The notes: generated by a model from the sequence alone, not told the origin. Shown: positions 18,830 to 29,353, counted from the stretch's first letter. The stretch: 64,000 bases of DNA from Nitrospirota bacterium (GCA_963796285.1 CAWCKW010000012.1:1792001-1856000), one strand, 5' to 3'. Numbers and translations: made by a program.

Positions 18830-20647
18830 CTACTTGGAATTAAAATACTTACCAGCGCCGCATTTCTTCGACATCCCCTTGACCGTGGAAATATCCTGCG
18901 TCGTCGCCTGCTTGATCTTCTCCAGGCTCCCGAAATGCCGCAGCAGTTCCTTTTTTCGCACCTCACCGATACCGGGGATATCGTCAAGCTCGGACTTGAT
19001 AGCGCGCTTCTCGCGCAGCTTGCGGTGATACGCGATCGCGAAGCGGTGCGCTTCGTCTCGCGCGCGCGCGACCAGGTGCGTGGTCTGGCTCGTGGGCTCG
19101 AGGATGATCGGCTCGTCCACACCGGGCAGGAAGACCCGTTCGAACTCCCGTTCCGAACCCTCTTCACCGCTCCGCGCCTTGGCAAGGCCGATCACGTCGG
19201 GCGCGTCCATCCCGAGCTCGCGCAGCACCTCCAGTCCTGCGTTCAGCTGGCCTTTGCCGCCGTCGATCAGGATCAGGTCAGGCAGTATACCCTCTTCCTT
19301 TGCCTTTGTATAGCGCCGTCTGATCACCTCTGCCATGCTCGCGAAGTCGTCCTGGCCGCTCACGCTCTTGATCTTGAACCGCTTGTAATTCCGTTTGTCA
19401 GGCAGGTTGTTCTCGAAAGACACCATGCTCGCGACCGCTTCGGTGCCCTGGATGTTCGAAACATCGAAGGCCTCGATCCTGCGAGGAAGGTTCCTGAGCC
19501 CCAGCTCTTCCTGGAGCCGCAGCAGGACCCGTTCCTTGCTCTTGCGCGAGAGCAGGTGCTCGCGAAGCGACTGTCCCGCATTGTCCGATGCCATCTGGAC
19601 CAGTTCTCGCTTCCTGCCCCGCTGCGGCACGAGGACCTCCACCCTCGCTCCGCGCTTCTCCGTGAGCCAAACCTCGAACAGTCCCCGGTCCGGCACATCA
19701 AAAGGCAGGAGCACCTCGGCAGGCACGATCATCTCCTTTGCATAGAACTGGCGCAGGAAGTCGGTAAACACTTCCTCGTCCGTCATGCCCTGCACGTCGG
19801 GGATGGTGAAATCCTTTCTGCCGAGCAGCATGCCGTTCCGGATAAAGAGCGCCTGAATGTCCGCGTGGCCGCCCTCCGAGGCCATGCCGATCACGTCCTG
19901 GTTCTCGAACCCCGGGGAGATGATCTTCTGCTTCTCGAAGGCCCCTTCGATCTTCGCGATCCGGTCACGGAGCTCTGCCGCGCGTTCGTACTCCATCTTT
20001 TCCGACGCCTCTGCCATGCGCTGCTTCAGCAGATCGAGCAGGTCGCGGTTCTTCCCTTCGAGGAACAACCGCACCTGGCCGACCATGTCCTGATAGGCGT
20101 CCTTATCAACCTCCCCCGAGCACGGCGCCATGCACCTGCCGATCTGGTGCTGCACGCAGGGCCGCTCGGGCCTGTCCTTTTTGAATTCCTTTTTGCACGT
20201 TGCAAGCGGGAACGTGCGCCGGATGAGCGAGAGCAGCTCCCACATGCCGCCTGCGGGGACGTAGGGGCCGTAGTAGAGCGCGCCGTCTTTTTTCAGTCCC
20301 CGGACCACGTCCAGGCGGGGATACTCGGCCTTCAGGTCGAACCGGAGGTAGGGATAATTCTTGTCGTCCCGAAGGATGATGTTGTAGCGCGGGTGGTGCT
20401 TCTTGATGAGGTTGGCCTCCAGGATCAGCGCCTCGAGCTCGGTGTGCGTCATGATGGTCTCAAGGTCAACGATCTGGCGCACCATCATCTCGGTCTTTTC
20501 GCCCTTCGCGCCCTTCTGAAAGTACGAGCGCACGCGGTTCCAGAGGGACAAGGCCTTGCCGATGTAGATGACGCGCCCCTTTGCGTCCTTCATGAGGTAG
20601 ACGCCGGGCGAATCCGGGAGATTCTGGAGTTTTTCTTCAAGGGTCAT
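18830..20647 (-). CDS. uvrC: Excinuclease ABC subunit C
   Basis: LPDSPGVY, YIGKA, YNIILRDDKNYPY, RIEAFDVSN, IDGGKGQ, RDEAHRFA and HhH GIGE motifs. Confidence 0.97.
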   Translation of the reverse strand: MTLEEKLQNLPDSPGVYLMKDAKGRVIYIGKALSLWNRVRSYFQKGAKGEKTEMMVRQIVDLETIMTHTELEALILEANLIKKHHPRYNIILRDDKNYPYLRFDLKAEYPRLDVVRGLKKDGALYYGPYVPAGGMWELLSLIRRTFPLATCKKEFKKDRPERPCVQHQIGRCMAPCSGEVDKDAYQDMVGQVRLFLEGKNRDLLDLLKQRMAEASEKMEYERAAELRDRIAKIEGAFEKQKIISPGFENQDVIGMASEGGHADIQALFIRNGMLLGRKDFTIPDVQGMTDEEVFTDFLRQFYAKEMIVPAEVLLPFDVPDRGLFEVWLTEKRGARVEVLVPQRGRKRELVQMASDNAGQSLREHLLSRKSKERVLLRLQEELGLRNLPRRIEAFDVSNIQGTEAVASMVSFENNLPDKRNYKRFKIKSVSGQDDFASMAEVIRRRYTKAKEEGILPDLILIDGGKGQLNAGLEVLRELGMDAPDVIGLAKARSGEEGSEREFERVFLPGVDEPIILEPTSQTTHLVARARDEAHRFAIAYHRKLREKRAIKSELDDIPGIGEVRKKELLRHFGSLEKIKQATTQDISTVKGMSKKCGAGKYFNSK

Positions 20648-20707
20648 GGCGGGGTCATTTTACCACGGATTCGGCTCGGTGAGAAACGAAGATATAAAAC
20701 AATGTGG

Positions 20708-20813
20708 CTCACACGAAGACACGATGCCACAAAGAACACAAACGACAAATACGCCTTTTGTTTAAAACCAGGTTCTAAATATTTTCTTCGTGCCTTTGTG
20801 GCTTCGTGTGAGA
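20708..20813. repeat. Palindromic intergenic repeat
   Basis: CTCACACGAAGACACGATGCCACAAAGAA...TTCTTCGTGCCTTTGTGGCTTCGTGTGAG inverted arms around an AT-rich spacer. Confidence 0.7.
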
Positions 20814-20914
20814 TAGATCTCAGAAGTTTCATTCACTTTTTATCAATGTCTAATCTCACGGCGGACATTTGTGGTATGAAGGTACAAAATTGTCGAAGCC
20901 ATGATGAATAGCAA

Positions 20915-21045
20915 AATCAACCAGTTAATTAATAAAGGCCGGAAAATCATTCGACAAAATTTTCCGTCCTCTTTCCCATTCAATCCCCTATATGCTACAA
21001 ACTTATATAAAACCAGCATGTTATGTGTTTGGCATGCTTGTTGTA
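20915..21045 (+). promoter_or_regulatory. Putative sigma54 promoter with IHF-consensus site
   Basis: TGGCATGCTTGTTGT at 21030-21044 (GG-N10-GT, one mismatch at -12). AATCAACCAGTTA at 20915-20927 matches WATCAANNNNTTR. Repeated ACAAAATT motifs nearby. Confidence 0.45.
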
Positions 21046-21199
21046 ATAGAAAGTACCAGAGCATGAACGATGGGCGCTGTCATCCCCCCCCCTTTTTCCT
21101 CCTTTACCGGAGGATAACCCCTGGCAGCGTCCATTGTTCTGCTTCTTTACAAAGTAGCCAAAATGAAACCGAATGACCGGAAGCGTGAAGGAGATTACA

Positions 21200-21538
21200 A
21201 TGTTTTTTAATACCAATAGATGTCAGAACATAGGACCTGAAGATCTGATCGAAAAAAGAGAGGCGGGTGAGGACTTTCTCCTGCTCGACGTGCGGACCCC
21301 CCAGGAACACGCTGCGCAGGCCATCACGGGGTCTTACCTGCTCCCGCTCCAGGACCTCGGCAGCCGGATCGATGAGCTGCCGAAAAATAAAGAGATCGTG
21401 GTCTACTGCAGGGTCGGGAACAGAAGCGCCTATGCCTGTTCGTATCTTTCGCGCATGGGATACAACGTAAAAAATCTTGAAGGCGGGATCATGACATGGA
21501 ATCTGACCGAACATGCTTCGATGACCAGGGCGTCATAA
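21200..21538 (+). CDS. Rhodanese-like domain protein
   Basis: AAGGAG RBS; LLDVRTPQE, VYCRVGNRS and NLEGGIMTW motifs. Confidence 0.92.
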   Translation: MFFNTNRCQNIGPEDLIEKREAGEDFLLLDVRTPQEHAAQAITGSYLLPLQDLGSRIDELPKNKEIVVYCRVGNRSAYACSYLSRMGYNVKNLEGGIMTWNLTEHASMTRAS

Positions 21539-22890
21539 TGAAAAGCAGCGCGTGCAGGATCACACTGTTCGCAACGTATCTGATCCTGACCACACTGTTG
21601 ACCTTTATCGTAGCAGCCTACAGCTACGCTGCCGAGACATTGGCACTTGATCAGGCGATCGACATGGCGCTCAAGCACAACCCGGGGCTCAAGGCCGCTG
21701 ACGCGCAGGTAGACGCCGCCGATGCAGGCGTGCTCAGGTCCGCGTCCGGGTTTCTGCCCAAGGTGACGGCGTCAGAGACCTGGAGCAGGACCGACAGCCC
21801 GCTCATGGCGCTCGGAACCAAGTTGAACCGGGAGATCGTGACACCCGCGGATTTTGATCCCTCCGTCATGAACCACCCGGACGCTATCTCGAATTACAAC
21901 ACGAGGCTGGCGGTCATGCAGCCGATCTGGAGCGGCGGGAAAGAATATGTCGGAAGAAAACAGGCAACGCTCGCCAGGGAAGCATCGATCCAGGACCGCG
22001 AGCGAGCGCGTCAGGAGACGGTTTTCAACGTGATCAAGGCATACTACGGTGTGCTGCTTGCCAAAGAATATTACAAGGTAGCTGTCCAGTCGCTCGAAAC
22101 AACGGCGGCAACCGTCACCTTAGCTGAAGCTCGCTACAAAGCAGGGGCGGTCCTCCAGTCGGACCTTCTCCGGGCCACTGTGCAGCGTGCCGAGGTCCAG
22201 GAGATGGCAACGCGCTCCCAGAACAGCGTAAAGCTCGCGATCGCAGGGCTCAATTTCGCCATGGGCGTGCCGCAAGGTACGGAGTACGAAGTCATAGGGG
22301 CGCTTTCAACCCAGGACATGATAACAGGGATGGATGCCATGCTTGAGGAGGCCGCTACTAAACGTCCGGACCTCATGTCCATGGAACTGAACCGCGGGAA
22401 TGCCGAGACGTCGGTGACGATGGCGCGCGCTGATTACCTCCCGAGCCTGAACCTTATGGGCCAGATGGACTGGAACAGCGACAAGCCTGCAGGCGATGAG
22501 GCAAAGAGCTGGGCAGTGATGGCAGTGCTCCAGTGGAACCTCTTCGATGGGCTGGTGACCAGATCGAAGGTGAAGGAAGCTCTCGCGACAAGCAGCAGGA
22601 TGAGATCGCTGGAAGAACAGACCCGGTCGGCGGTGCAGCTCCAGGTCAGGCAGGCCTACTTCAATCTTACCGCGTCCCTCGACCGGATAGCGGCAACCTC
22701 GTCATCGGTCCAGGAGGCGGAGGAAGGCCTCAGGATCGTGCAGAAACGTTATGAAGTCGGCATGACCACCTTCGTCGACGTGCTTGGCGCGGAGACCTCA
22801 CTCATACGGGCGCGCACGAATGTGCTCCAGGCGCTGTACGATAACAACATCGCGCAGGCTGAGTTGAAGCTCGCAGTGGGAACGTTGTAA
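21538..22890 (+). CDS. TolC-family outer membrane protein
   Basis: TAATG coupling to rhodanese, signal peptide, OEP repeats (WNLFDG, RYEVG). Confidence 0.9.
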   Translation: MKSSACRITLFATYLILTTLLTFIVAAYSYAAETLALDQAIDMALKHNPGLKAADAQVDAADAGVLRSASGFLPKVTASETWSRTDSPLMALGTKLNREIVTPADFDPSVMNHPDAISNYNTRLAVMQPIWSGGKEYVGRKQATLAREASIQDRERARQETVFNVIKAYYGVLLAKEYYKVAVQSLETTAATVTLAEARYKAGAVLQSDLLRATVQRAEVQEMATRSQNSVKLAIAGLNFAMGVPQGTEYEVIGALSTQDMITGMDAMLEEAATKRPDLMSMELNRGNAETSVTMARADYLPSLNLMGQMDWNSDKPAGDEAKSWAVMAVLQWNLFDGLVTRSKVKEALATSSRMRSLEEQTRSAVQLQVRQAYFNLTASLDRIAATSSSVQEAEEGLRIVQKRYEVGMTTFVDVLGAETSLIRARTNVLQALYDNNIAQAELKLAVGTL

Positions 22891-22935
22891 GGACAGGAGA
22901 CAGAGGTCAGGGTTCGGAGTTCGGCAGTTCGAAGT
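22891..22935. repeat. Degenerate heptamer array, single arm
   Basis: GGACAGG AGACAGA GGTCAGG GTTCGGA GTTCGGC directly after the tolC stop. Confidence 0.45.
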
Positions 22936-22968
22936 ATCACAACGCAATACAGGAAGGAAGATAAGACC

Positions 22969-24029
22969 ATGGATAAAATAAGATCGCATGGATACAGCAT
23001 TTCCCTTGTAGCGCAGCAATTGCAGTGCTCGGCGCCGGCTACCTGTTCTTCAGAGAAGAAAACAGCTATGCCGAAGCGCCAAAGGCCGAAGCGCCGGTGT
23101 CAGTGGCTGCCGTCATTGTGGAACCGAAGATCATTGACTCCGTGGTAACAGCGGCAGGGGCCTTGAGTTCCAAGAACACCTCGGTGCTTTCGAGCAAGAT
23201 CATGGGCAGGGTGGTCCGCCTCAGCGTGCAGGAAGGCGACCGCGTTGACGCAGGCAAACTGCTGATGAAGATCGACAGCGGCGAGATCACGGCCCAGGCG
23301 ATCCAGGCCAGGGCAGCATACAACAACGCCAGGCTCCAGTATGACCGGATCAAGAGCCTCTATGACGCGAAGGCATCGACCCAGATGGAGATGGACCAGG
23401 CGACCCTCGGACTGGAGAACGCGCAGGCCGGCCTGCAGGCGGCAAAGGCCATGGAAAGCTATACCATCATTACCGCGCCCATCTCGGGCCAGATCGTGGA
23501 GAAACGTATCAACCTCGGTGAGATGGCGCTCCCCGGCCAGCCCCTCATCAAGATCGAGGACAACAGGAACCTGCGGCTCGAGGTGACCGTGAAGGATCTG
23601 GACATCCTCTCCATTCAGCCCGGCAAACCGGTCAAGGTCCAGATCGATGCCATGCCCGGTGTGGAGATCAGCGGCATTGTGTCACAGGTGGTCCAGGCCT
23701 CGGATGTGCGGACCCATTCGTTCATCGTGAAGGTCGACATCCCGGCGCGCAAGGGGCTCATTACCGGCATGTATGGCAAGGCGTTCTTCACCATCGGCAA
23801 ACGTGAGGCCATCCTGGTCCCAAAGAGCGCCGTGGTTGAAATGTCCGGAATCTCGGGCGTGTATATCGTCTCCGGTGACCGGGGTGCCGTGTTCCAGATG
23901 ATCCAGGTCGGCGAGGAGCGCGGAAATTTCGTGGAAGTGATCTCGGGCCTTAAAAAAGGCGACCAGGTGATCAGCGATAAGCACCTCGGCAGAATGGATG
24001 GGAAAAAGGTCGTGGTTGCGCAGAATTAA
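22969..24029 (+). CDS. RND periplasmic adaptor (MFP); N-terminal frameshift
   Basis: SSKIMGRV..L.V.EGD, ITAPISGQI and VEVISGL motifs. ATG 22969 with RBS is out of frame with the 23025 ORF. Confidence 0.88.
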
Positions 24030-24057
24030 CGATCGACGAAAAGCCGTCAAAGGGGCA

Positions 24058-24225
24058 TCTCGCGCAAAGCCGTAGCCTGCTGTTGCCCCCTGCTCTTGCG
24101 ATAGCGCGGGACAAGCCAAAACGCGGCCATAAACAAAGGCGCAAAGAACGTCAGAACTTTGGAATATAGAGTAAACCAAAACCAGGATTTGCTTTCCTTT
24201 GCGACTTGGCGTCTTTGCGCGAAAA
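24058..24225. repeat. CGCAAAG-type palindromic repeat with 61-nt insert
   Basis: TCTCGCGCAAAGCCG|insert|CAAAGGCGCAAAG ... CTTTGCGACTTGGCGTCTTTGCGCGA. Confidence 0.75.
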
Positions 24226-24278
24226 AGTTTTTGCATTTTGTCCGTTCGTACCTGCGTAGATATAAATAAGGATTAAAC

Positions 24279-27200
24279 ATGAAACTCAATATCAGCGGCA
24301 AGATAACCCAATACTTCATCAATTCCCAGCTCACCGTGCTGCTCATGGCGGCAACGGCGCTGCTCGGGCTCTTCGCCCTTATTTACACTCCCCGTGAGGA
24401 AAATCCCCAGATCGTCGTCCCCGCTGCGAACGTGATGGTCATGATGCCGGGCTCCTCTGCCAAAGAAGTGGAAGAGCTCGTGTCCAAACGGCTCGAGTCC
24501 ATTCTCTGGGAGATCCCCGGCGTCGAGGACGTGTACTCGGTCTCGATGAACTCCATGGCCGTGGTGACCGTGAAGTTCTTCGTGGGACAGGACAAAGAGC
24601 GGTCCATGGTGAAGCTCTACGACAAGATCATGTCCCATATGGATTTTGCGCCTCCCGGAGCGTCCCAGCCGCTGGTGAAGCCCATTGACGTGGACGATGT
24701 GCCGATCGTTGCCATCACGCTCTCTCCGGAAAACGGAAGCGCCTATGACGATGCGCAGCTCAGGCTCGTGGCCGACAACGTGCTCGACGAGCTCAGAAAG
24801 GTCCCCGGCGTCGGCAACACAACGGTCATCGGCGGACGCAGCCGCCAGGTGCGCGTGGTCCTCGACCCGCTCCGCATCGCAGGCTACGGCCTGTCGCCGC
24901 TCCAGATCGCAGGGGCCATCACCCAGTCGAACGCCAATCTTCTATCCGGTGAGCTTGAGCAGGGCAGCAGAAAGATCACCCTCGAGACCGGCGGCTTCTT
25001 TACCCGGGCAAGCGATGTACGGAACGCCGTGGTCGGCGTTGCGAACAACAAGCCTGTCTATCTCGGCGATGTTGCCGAGGTTTCGGACGGGTTCGAGGAG
25101 ACCGTAAAACTCACGCGCATCGCTTTCAACAATCATCATGCCGCGCATGCGGACATCAAGGAGAACAGCGAGGGTGCGGCAGGCGAACGCCCAGCCGTGA
25201 CCCTGGCCCTGGCCAAACGGCAGAAGCTGAACGCTGTTAAGATCTCGGACCAGATCCTTGCAAAGCTCGATGAATTGAAAAAAACCAGCATCCCGCCGGG
25301 AATCCGCGTGACTGTTACCCGGAACGACGGCAAGACGGCCAACAACGCGGTGAACGAGCTGGTCTTCCACCTAGCGGTCTCGATCATCGTCGTGATCATC
25401 CTGCTGTTCCTGACCCTCGGTTGGCGCGAGGCAGCCATCGTGGCGCTCGCCATACCGCTCACACTCTTCATCACCCTTGCCATAGGCATGCTGGCGGGGC
25501 AGACCATCAACCGGATAACGCTCTTCGCGCTCATCCTTTCCCTTGGTCTTCTGGTCGATGATGCCATCGTGGTGGTCGAGAACATCCATCGCCATTACAA
25601 GCTTCAGCAGCATTCGAGACTGCAGGGCGCGATCATGGCCGTGAACGAGATCGGCATGCCGACCATCCTCGCGACCATAACCGTGGTGCTGGCGTTCATC
25701 CCCATGGCGTTCGTCACGGGCATGATGGGCTCCTACATGAAGCCGATCCCCTTTAATGTGCCCGTGGCAATGGTCACGTCTCTCTTCGTGGCCTTCATCG
25801 TGACGCCCTGGGCGAGCTACCGTATCATGAAGACCGACCATCAGGGGGAACAGCCGCTGCCGCTGGAGGATACGAAGCTCTATAAGGGCTATAAGAAGAT
25901 ACTCGGGCCGCTGCTCGAGAACCCCGGCAAGCGCAAACTGTTCATGAGCATCATCATCGGCCTGTTCCTGATCACCATGACCTTTCCGCTCGTGCAGTTG
26001 GTGAAATTCCGTATGCTGCCCAAGGCGAACAAGAACACGTTCCTGGTCTCGATCGACATGCCTGCGGGCACGGCGCTCGAGAACACGGACCGCGTAGCCA
26101 GGACCATAGGCGAATATCTCGGCCGCATTCCCGAAGTGAAGGACTACGAGACCTTTGTAGGCACCGGCTCGGTGATGGACTTCAACGGCCTGCTCAGGGG
26201 CAGCGCGTTCCGCGAGGCGAGCCACTTCGCCGACGTGCGCGTGAACCTCGTCGATAAGGAAGAGCGTTCGATTTCGAGCGAGAAACTGGTGCTCAAGATG
26301 CGGCCCGACATCACCAAAATTGCGCAGGAATACGATGCGAACATCAAGCTGGTGGAAGACCCGCCCGGACCACCGGTGCGCGCCACCGTAATGGCCGAGA
26401 TCAGCGGCCCGGATTACAATACCCAGCGCGAGATCGCCGGGGACATCAAGGCGCTTTTCGCGAAAACGGACCAGGTCGTGGATATCGACGACAGCGTGAA
26501 GGAAAACCAGGAAAAATACCAGCTCATCGTTGACAAGGAAAAGGCGGCGCTCGCGGGCATCTCCACGGAACAGATCGTCCAGACCCTTCGCATGTCCGTA
26601 GCTGGCATGGCGATCTCGACCCTGCATAAGTCTGACGCAAAGAACCCGATCGCCATCTTCCTTCGGCTTCCCAAGGAAGAGCGCTCAAGGATGTCGGATA
26701 TGGACAAGGTGTACGTTTCGGGTCCGCAGGGCAGCCAGGTGGCGCTCTCGTCGCTCGTGAAGGTGGTCTCGTCGGAAATGGACAACGCCATCTATCACAA
26801 GAACCTGGAACCGGTAACGTATGTATATGGAGAAATGGGGGCCCGGAGCCAGGTCTATGCAGTGATCGATATGATGAAGCATCTCCACAGGAATCCACTC
26901 CCTGCGGGGTATACGATCAAGTGGGACGGCGAGATGAAGCTGACCCTTGATGTGTTCCGCGATCTGGGAGCGGCCATGGGCGTGGCGCTCATCGCCATCT
27001 ATCTCCTGCTCGTGGGCAGGTTCCGGTCCTTTACGATCCCGGTGGTCATCATGGCGGCGATCCCGCTCTCGATGATCGGCATCATGCCGGGCTTCGCCAT
27101 GACCGGCGTGTACTTCAGCGCAACGTCGATGATCGGCGTGATCGCCCTGGCGGGGATCGTGGTCAGGAACTCCATCGTGCTCCTGGAGTTCATTCTCGAC

Positions 27201-27443
27201 AAAAAGCACGAGGGACTGCCGCTCGCGCAGGCGCTGATCGAGGCAGGGGCTATCCGGACCCGGCCGATCGTGCTGACGGCAGCGGCTGCGATCCTGGGTT
27301 CGGCCGTGATCGTGACCGACCCGGTCTGGTCCGGTCTCGCCCTGGCGCTCATTTTCGGAATGCTGGCGTCCACGGCCCTCACCCTGGTGGTGATCCCGGT
27401 CTTCTACTATATGGTTGAAAAAAAGAACTGGGAGAACGCGTAA
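24279..27443 (+). CDS. RND efflux permease (AcrB/AcrD/AcrF family)
   Basis: 1054 aa; PREENPQI, GLLVDDAIVVVEN, GIVVRNSI and RTRPIVLT motifs. Confidence 0.95.
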   Translation: MKLNISGKITQYFINSQLTVLLMAATALLGLFALIYTPREENPQIVVPAANVMVMMPGSSAKEVEELVSKRLESILWEIPGVEDVYSVSMNSMAVVTVKFFVGQDKERSMVKLYDKIMSHMDFAPPGASQPLVKPIDVDDVPIVAITLSPENGSAYDDAQLRLVADNVLDELRKVPGVGNTTVIGGRSRQVRVVLDPLRIAGYGLSPLQIAGAITQSNANLLSGELEQGSRKITLETGGFFTRASDVRNAVVGVANNKPVYLGDVAEVSDGFEETVKLTRIAFNNHHAAHADIKENSEGAAGERPAVTLALAKRQKLNAVKISDQILAKLDELKKTSIPPGIRVTVTRNDGKTANNAVNELVFHLAVSIIVVIILLFLTLGWREAAIVALAIPLTLFITLAIGMLAGQTINRITLFALILSLGLLVDDAIVVVENIHRHYKLQQHSRLQGAIMAVNEIGMPTILATITVVLAFIPMAFVTGMMGSYMKPIPFNVPVAMVTSLFVAFIVTPWASYRIMKTDHQGEQPLPLEDTKLYKGYKKILGPLLENPGKRKLFMSIIIGLFLITMTFPLVQLVKFRMLPKANKNTFLVSIDMPAGTALENTDRVARTIGEYLGRIPEVKDYETFVGTGSVMDFNGLLRGSAFREASHFADVRVNLVDKEERSISSEKLVLKMRPDITKIAQEYDANIKLVEDPPGPPVRATVMAEISGPDYNTQREIAGDIKALFAKTDQVVDIDDSVKENQEKYQLIVDKEKAALAGISTEQIVQTLRMSVAGMAISTLHKSDAKNPIAIFLRLPKEERSRMSDMDKVYVSGPQGSQVALSSLVKVVSSEMDNAIYHKNLEPVTYVYGEMGARSQVYAVIDMMKHLHRNPLPAGYTIKWDGEMKLTLDVFRDLGAAMGVALIAIYLLLVGRFRSFTIPVVIMAAIPLSMIGIMPGFAMTGVYFSATSMIGVIALAGIVVRNSIVLLEFILDKKHEGLPLAQALIEAGAIRTRPIVLTAAAAILGSAVIVTDPVWSGLALALIFGMLASTALTLVVIPVFYYMVEKKNWENA

Positions 27444-27541
27444 TGAATTGCGGATTGCGGATCTCGGATTTCGGATTTTAAATCCGCATTCCGCAATCTG
27501 TTTATGCCAGCGCTCTCGCAAGAGCAGGTACAATCCGCAAT
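27444..27541. repeat. Inverted heptamer array (TTGCGGA / TCCGCAA), empty, with 30-nt insert
   Basis: TTGCGGATTGCGGATCTCGGATTTCGGATTT-T-AAATCCGCATTCCGCAATCTG|insert|CAATCCGCAAT. Confidence 0.8.
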
Positions 27542-27557
27542 AAAACCGGAGGTTCAT

Positions 27558-28298
27558 ATGTCAAATACATGTGTAAGTTCTGATTGCAAGGACTGGATCA
27601 TCACCGTGACGATCGATAATCCGCCGGATAATTACCTGGACAAGGATGTCCTTTCAGGGTTGAACAAGACCGTCAGTGAGATAATCTCATCCAGGACCGA
27701 CCTTCGCGTGGTGCTGCTCACGGCAAAAGGGAAAAACTTCTCAGCAGGCATCGACTACGCCCGGTTCGTGAACATAACCAAGGAGGAGGCGGGCCATGTT
27801 GCCGAAGTGGGATACAGCCTGCTGAAGAACATCGAGAACCTTCCGATCCCGGTGATCGCCGCGGTCAAGGGCGAGACCACGGGAGCGGGCCTCGGCCTGG
27901 CGCTCGCGGCGGACATTCGGATCGCATCATCGGACGCGGTATTTTCGTTCCCTGAGGCGCAGTTCGGCGTGCCGCCTGTATTCGGGTCGTCGCAGAGATT
28001 GTATAAGACCATCGGCATCGGCCGGGCCAAAGAGCTGCTTTTCACCGGCCGGACAGTGGACGCTGAAGAAGCTCTCAGGATTGGACTCGTGAACAAGGTG
28101 GTCCCGCTCGATGCCCTCGACGAGGAAGCGAACCGGCTCGCGGTAAAGATCGGGGGAAACAGCATGAGTTCCCTGCGATCAATCAAGATGCTCGTGAACT
28201 TCGGACTGAACGAGGGCTACGAGGTCGGCCTGCAGCAGGAGGTCACTGCGTTCAGCGAAGCGTTCAATCTGGACACAAAGCAGTGGGAGCGGCTATAA
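27558..28298 (+). CDS. Enoyl-CoA hydratase/isomerase family protein
   Basis: GGAGG RBS; FSAGID, PVIAAVKG, DIRIAS, FPEAQFG and AEEALRIGLVN motifs. Confidence 0.9.
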   Translation: MSNTCVSSDCKDWIITVTIDNPPDNYLDKDVLSGLNKTVSEIISSRTDLRVVLLTAKGKNFSAGIDYARFVNITKEEAGHVAEVGYSLLKNIENLPIPVIAAVKGETTGAGLGLALAADIRIASSDAVFSFPEAQFGVPPVFGSSQRLYKTIGIGRAKELLFTGRTVDAEEALRIGLVNKVVPLDALDEEANRLAVKIGGNSMSSLRSIKMLVNFGLNEGYEVGLQQEVTAFSEAFNLDTKQWERL

Positions 28299-28396
28299 TA
28301 AGAAGATCACGAAAGCACGTATTTGGGGAAACCGGATTCAAGGCATTTCCGTCGCGGATAAAAGCTGCGGGAAAACAAGAAGGGGAGGGAGAAAAA

Positions 28397-28825
28397 ATGA
28401 ATATCAGTGCGTGGCATATCATGCGGGAGAAGATCAAGGTGGGGCCCGACGCAACAGCGAGGGAGGTTACGATGAAGATCATCTCATCGGGACTGGCAGC
28501 AATGCCGGTCGTAGGTGACGCTCAGGAGGTCCTGGGTGTCGTATCGGAGAACGCAATTCTGGACGCGATACGGGAAGGCCAGGACCTGGAAAGCATCCCG
28601 GCGTCAAAAATCATGGTGCCTGCGCCGATCATCGCCGATGCAGTCACCTCGACAGACGAGCTTATTAACCTGCTTCTGAAGAGCTGCTGTTCCATCGTCG
28701 TGGTCGTGAAGGACAAAAAGTATGTCGGTGTGGTGAGCCGCCACATGCTGATGGATATCTTCACATCCCCGCACTATTCGCGTTTTGCCGCAAAAGACAG
28801 GAAGTCGCCGTTCGCCTGCAAGTAA
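28397..28825 (+). CDS. CBS-domain pair protein
   Basis: MPVV...VLGVVSE and VVK..KYVGVVSR motifs; GGAGG RBS. Confidence 0.85.
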   Translation: MNISAWHIMREKIKVGPDATAREVTMKIISSGLAAMPVVGDAQEVLGVVSENAILDAIREGQDLESIPASKIMVPAPIIADAVTSTDELINLLLKSCCSIVVVVKDKKYVGVVSRHMLMDIFTSPHYSRFAAKDRKSPFACK

Positions 28826-28940
28826 GACAACAAGGGCCTCGGGTCAGGCGGTCAGGACTCCCGGGCTCCTCAGTCCATTCATGCACCCGAATTGCCCTCT
28901 TTTCAGCGGCTTCGGAGGCGCCAGGCACGCCATTTTCACC

Positions 28941-28969
28941 TTGACAGGCCTCTGCCCGATGAGTATTAT
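28941..28969 (+). promoter_or_regulatory. Sigma70-type promoter
   Basis: TTGACA-17 nt-TATTAT upstream of the FmdB gene. Confidence 0.6.
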
Positions 28970-29042
28970 GCTGTATCTGGCAGGCGCGTAAGCGTGGCAA
29001 ATGCCAGTATAATTGGAACATTTGTTGAAAGGAGTACACACC

Positions 29043-29246
29043 ATGCCGTTTTATGAATACGTATGCGAAAGTTGCAAAAAAGAGTTCGTGCTTTTGCAGT
29101 CCATGACCGCAAAAGCTGAGGATACTGTCTGCCCCTATTGCAACGAGAAAAAAGCCAGGAAGCTCGTGTCCACATTCTCGTCCAGTGGCAGCGGCGCGGT
29201 CTGCAGCACCGGGGGACATTCCTGGGGCGGCGGCTGAGGTAGCTGA
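29043..29246 (+). CDS. FmdB-family zinc ribbon protein, possible C-terminal Sec
   Basis: MPFYEYVCESC...CPYC; ends GGG*GS* (TGA at 29235 and 29244). Confidence 0.85.
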
Positions 29247-29279
29247 TCGCTCCGCCGTGCGCGGATCAATAACACCAGC

Positions 29280-29312
29280 AGCCTGAGAGTCATAGGATTC
29301 TCAGGCTTTTTT
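29280..29312 (+). terminator. Rho-independent terminator
   Basis: AGCCTGAGAGTC-ATAG-GATTCTCAGGCT followed by a T-run. Confidence 0.8.
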
Positions 29313-29353
29313 GTGCAACGAGAGGTCGTGAACAAATCATCTGGCGCCAAATT

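Noticed and set aside
18827-20911. 694-aa plus-strand ORF
   Set aside because: Antisense shadow of uvrC. The same applies to other long antisense ORFs (e.g. 33274..34641, 25371..26627, 56378..57625).
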